Positions 61,706 to 64,000 of a DNA stretch of 64,000 nucleotides are shown here, in pieces. This DNA is from Sphingobium sp. Its GTDB lineage: Bacteria > Pseudomonadota > Alphaproteobacteria > Sphingomonadales > Sphingomonadaceae. Location: contig JAWKXZ010000002.1 of the NCBI GenBank assembly GCA_041396745.1, forward strand, positions 724,665 to 788,664, in the 5' to 3' direction. The notes beneath the pieces were generated by a model. That model ran no database searches. It had not been told where the DNA came from and saw only the letters and a program-made list of their open reading frames with translations. Position 1 is the first letter of the stretch, and every line of letters starts with the position of its first letter. Made by a program: the position numbers and the translations under genes.

Positions 61706-61976
61706 TGCGCGCGGCCAGCGCAAAGTCCCGCTCGGACACGCCATCGGCATCGTGCGTCGTCAGGCGGATAGTTATGCGGTTGTAGACGTTGCTCCATTCC
61801 GGGTGATGATCGGCCTGCTCAGCGGCGATCGCGATCCGCGTCATCAGGGCGAACGCCTCGGAAAAATCCTTCAGCTTGATTTCACGAACCAATGCTTCGC
61901 CTTGGGTATCGTAGCGCCAGCCGGGAATTTCCCCGATCCGCGATGCAACCGCATCGGCACTAATTCTCGTAACCAT
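61683..61976 (-). CDS. phhB: 4a-hydroxytetrahydrobiopterin dehydratase
   Basis: GWRYD...ADHHPEWSNVYNRITIRLTTHDADGVSERD. Confidence 0.85.
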   Translation of the reverse strand: MVTRISADAVASRIGEIPGWRYDTQGEALVREIKLKDFSEAFALMTRIAIAAEQADHHPEWSNVYNRITIRLTTHDADGVSERDFALAARINAFLGE

Positions 61977-62096
61977 GACTCTCTCCGACAGATCCGTAGC
62001 TCACCCGTTATCCAAACTTCGGGCGCAGCGTAAAGGGTTGTTGCGTCGCGCGAAGTTTCGGGCTAGCAGCGCCCAACTTGCGCGCAAGACCTTAGA

Positions 62097-62170
62097 GGCC
62101 CGATGGCGGAGTGGTGACGCAGCGGACTGCAAATCCGTATACGCCGGTTCGATTCCGGCTCGGGCCTCCA
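62097..62170 (+). tRNA. tRNA-Cys (anticodon GCA), CCA encoded
   Basis: GGCCCGATGGCGGAGTGGTGACGCAGCGGACTGCAAATCCGTATACGCCGGTTCGATTCCGGCTCGGGCCTCCA has acceptor stem GGCCCGA/TCGGGCC, anticodon loop CTGCAAA and T-arm GCCGG-TTCGATT-CCGGC. Confidence 0.95.
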
Positions 62171-62383
62171 CGCATATTTCAGCAAAATCGACTGACGGAA
62201 TTAGTAGCGCGAAAGCGGCCCAATTCGGGCAATTTCTACTCCCAATATAACGACATATCCGTCTCTGCAGAGACTGAAAAGCCCGAAAATTCACCCCAAA
62301 TTCGCCATTGTCTCTGCGGCTATTTCTGCAGCGACGGTTTTGAAATTTGCGCCTGTCAGAGTTTAAGGTGCAAACGTCGCCAT

Positions 62384-62541
62384 TCCCGTTTCTGGCGTTT
62401 TAAACGTGAATTCTCCCAAAAATGGCATGTTCGAACGGGTTCGCGCATAGCTGAACCCCAGCAAATGCGTGGGTGTGGGGTTTGATTTCCCGTGACATGG
62501 AAACGGGAATTAAATGACATCAAAACGGGAGTTAAACGGGA
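62384..62541. repeat. Cluster of AACGGGA-type short repeats: four direct, one or two inverted
   Basis: AAACGGGA at 62501-62508, 62523-62530 and 62534-62541. AACGGG at 62434-62439. Inverted TCCCGTTT at 62384-62391. The inverted pair TTCCCGT (62487-62493) / ACGGGAA (62503-62509) forms a small palindrome. Confidence 0.55.
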
Positions 62542-62741
62542 AAGTTCGTTTTGTAATCGTGAAGTAATGGTGCGGCATATGTGGTGATGAGTATTTGATA
62601 ATTGCGTGACATACACTTGGATATGGGGTTGTGTATAAGTGTATGTCATTGATAATGTTGTATTTTATGTGAAATACTGTTTGATGATTTCTTGTGGCGC
62701 TGATATGTGTCCATGCCTTCGTTTCCTCATGGATCATCGTC

Positions 62742-64000
62742 ATGAATGCAGGTGAGCCCGTCATCAGAAAACGTCCCCGTCCCGAAGGGGCGGTGGGCGC
62801 GTCGCCTGCGCTGCGCAATCTTCCGGTTGAGCAGGTACGGCCCGAGCAGGACTATGTGCCGGTCGATGCCCTTAAGCTGCCGCGACGCCAGGTCCGTCGT
62901 CATAACAAAAAGCAGATCGATCTGATCGCCGATAATCTGAAGACCTTCGGCCAGATCAAGCCGATCGTCATCGATGCGCAAGGCGTGATCGTTGCCGGGG
63001 TTGCGGTCTATGAAGCGCTGCGCGCGCTGGGCGTGGCCGAGGTTCAGGTCGTGCGGGTCGAGCATCTCAGTCCCGAAATGCTCGAGCTTTATGCCATCGC
63101 GGACAACAAGCTTGCCGAGTTGAGCAGTTTTGATCCCGAGGTGCTGGTCGACATCTTTAAGGACTTTGAGGATTTGGATTTCGATCTGGGCCTGACCGGC
63201 CTCGAGCCTTTTGAAATCGATAATATCTTTGCCGAGACTGCCGGGGAAGAAGTGGATGAGCCTGAAGATATTCCCGATGCACCCGCTGTACCCGTCTCCA
63301 GTCTGGGTGATATGTACAGGTTGGGAGACCATCTTTTGCTGTGCGGCAATGCGCTCGAACGGGAGAGTTATGTTGCGCTGATGGGTGACGAGCGCGCCAC
63401 CATGATCGTGACGGACAGCCCATATGACGTTAAAATCCGTGGCAATGTAAGCGGCCTTGGCAAGGTCAAGCATGACGATTTCATCATGGGTTCGGGTGAG
63501 CTTGGCCGCGACGGGTTTATCGCGTTTCTCAAGACCAGTTTCACGCATATGGTCGAGTACAGCATCGATGGCTCGATTCACTTCGCCTGCATGGACTGGC
63601 GTCATGTCTATGAAATGATGGTTGCCGGTGAGGCCTGCTATTCGCAGCTCAAGAATATATTGGTGTGGAACAAGGGATCGGGTGCGATGGGCTCCTTTTA
63701 TCGGAGCCAGCATGAGTTCATCTTTTCCTGGAAGAAGGGCGAGGAACCGCACATCAATAATTTCGGGCTGGGGGGCAACGGGCGCCGCACCCGTACCAAT
63801 GTCATCACCATGCCCGGCGCGAGCAGCTTCTCGCGCACGCGTCAGGAAGATCTTGCAGCCCACAGCACCGTCAAGCCCACGCGCCTCTTTGCCGATCTGA
63901 TCCTCGACGTGTCGCGTCGCGGCGATATCGTGCTTGATCCCTTCTGCGGCTCGGGCACGACTTTGCTCGCGGCCGAGCGTACCGGTCGCAAGGCCCGCTG
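62742..64000 (+). CDS. ParB-like N-terminal domain fused to an N6-adenine/N4-cytosine DNA methyltransferase (beta class); C-terminus outside the window
   Basis: Hand translation from the ATG at 62742 stays open to the window end, which is why it is absent from the track. The ParB-N-like part is LKLPRRQVRRHNKKQIDLIADNLKTFGQIKPIVID..GVIVAGVAVYEAL. The methyltransferase catalytic motif is TDSPYD (frame checked at 63402), followed by motif I LDPFCGSGTT. Confidence 0.85.
   Translation, partial: MNAGEPVIRKRPRPEGAVGASPALRNLPVEQVRPEQDYVPVDALKLPRRQVRRHNKKQIDLIADNLKTFGQIKPIVIDAQGVIVAGVAVYEALRALGVAEVQVVRVEHLSPEMLELYAIADNKLAELSSFDPEVLVDIFKDFEDLDFDLGLTGLEPFEIDNIFAETAGEEVDEPEDIPDAPAVPVSSLGDMYRLGDHLLLCGNALERESYVALMGDERATMIVTDSPYDVKIRGNVSGLGKVKHDDFIMGSGELGRDGFIAFLKTSFTHMVEYSIDGSIHFACMDWRHVYEMMVAGEACYSQLKNILVWNKGSGAMGSFYRSQHEFIFSWKKGEEPHINNFGLGGNGRRTRTNVITMPGASSFSRTRQEDLAAHSTVKPTRLFADLILDVSRRGDIVLDPFCGSGTTLLAAERTGRKAR

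Larger units (their letters stand above)
62171..64000. mobile_element. Start of a second putative integrated element at the 3' end of tRNA-Cys; right boundary lies outside the window
   Basis: GC content drops abruptly right after the tRNA. About 570 bp of non-coding AT-rich DNA with clustered short repeats is followed by a ParB-domain/DNA methyltransferase gene of the kind carried by ICEs, plasmids and phages. No integrase is seen in the window. Confidence 0.5.

Overview
High-GC alphaproteobacterial chromosome segment, almost certainly from a sphingomonad: a serine palmitoyltransferase gene with its dedicated ACP is present. About 50 kb (12.6-62.1 kb) is ordinary core genome. It carries infA-maf-rng-yacG, bioFDA, hppA, hemB, rplU-rpmA-obg-proB, spt/ACP, lptFG, pyrC, dnaN, rlmN, hemA, murI, cfa, argG and phhB. 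This core is bracketed by two tRNA genes whose 3' ends each face foreign-looking DNA. Left of tRNA-Phe (12543-12618, minus) lies a partial genomic island with a DUF3489/DUF2924/large serine recombinase module and a ~950 bp low-GC non-coding spacer. Its main cargo is a minus-strand operon of at least four translationally coupled genes. These encode a ClpB-D2-like AAA+ ATPase, an NrdG/PflA-type radical SAM protein, and a 2092-aa fusion protein (zinc ribbons, degenerate Ser/Thr-kinase-like domain, DUF4011-like region, Upf1-like SF1 helicase, Vsr/DUF559-like endonuclease fold). A fourth, unknown gene runs off the window edge. I do not recognise this gene combination as any named defence system, and it is the main candidate for a novel system. 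Right of tRNA-Cys (62097-62170, plus) a second low-GC segment carries clustered AACGGGA repeats and a ParB-domain/DNA-methyltransferase fusion gene that runs off the window. No rRNA, CRISPR array or transposase was seen. Many long ORFs in the track are antisense shadow ORFs typical of high-GC DNA and were not called. All family assignments come from motifs read by eye, not from searches.
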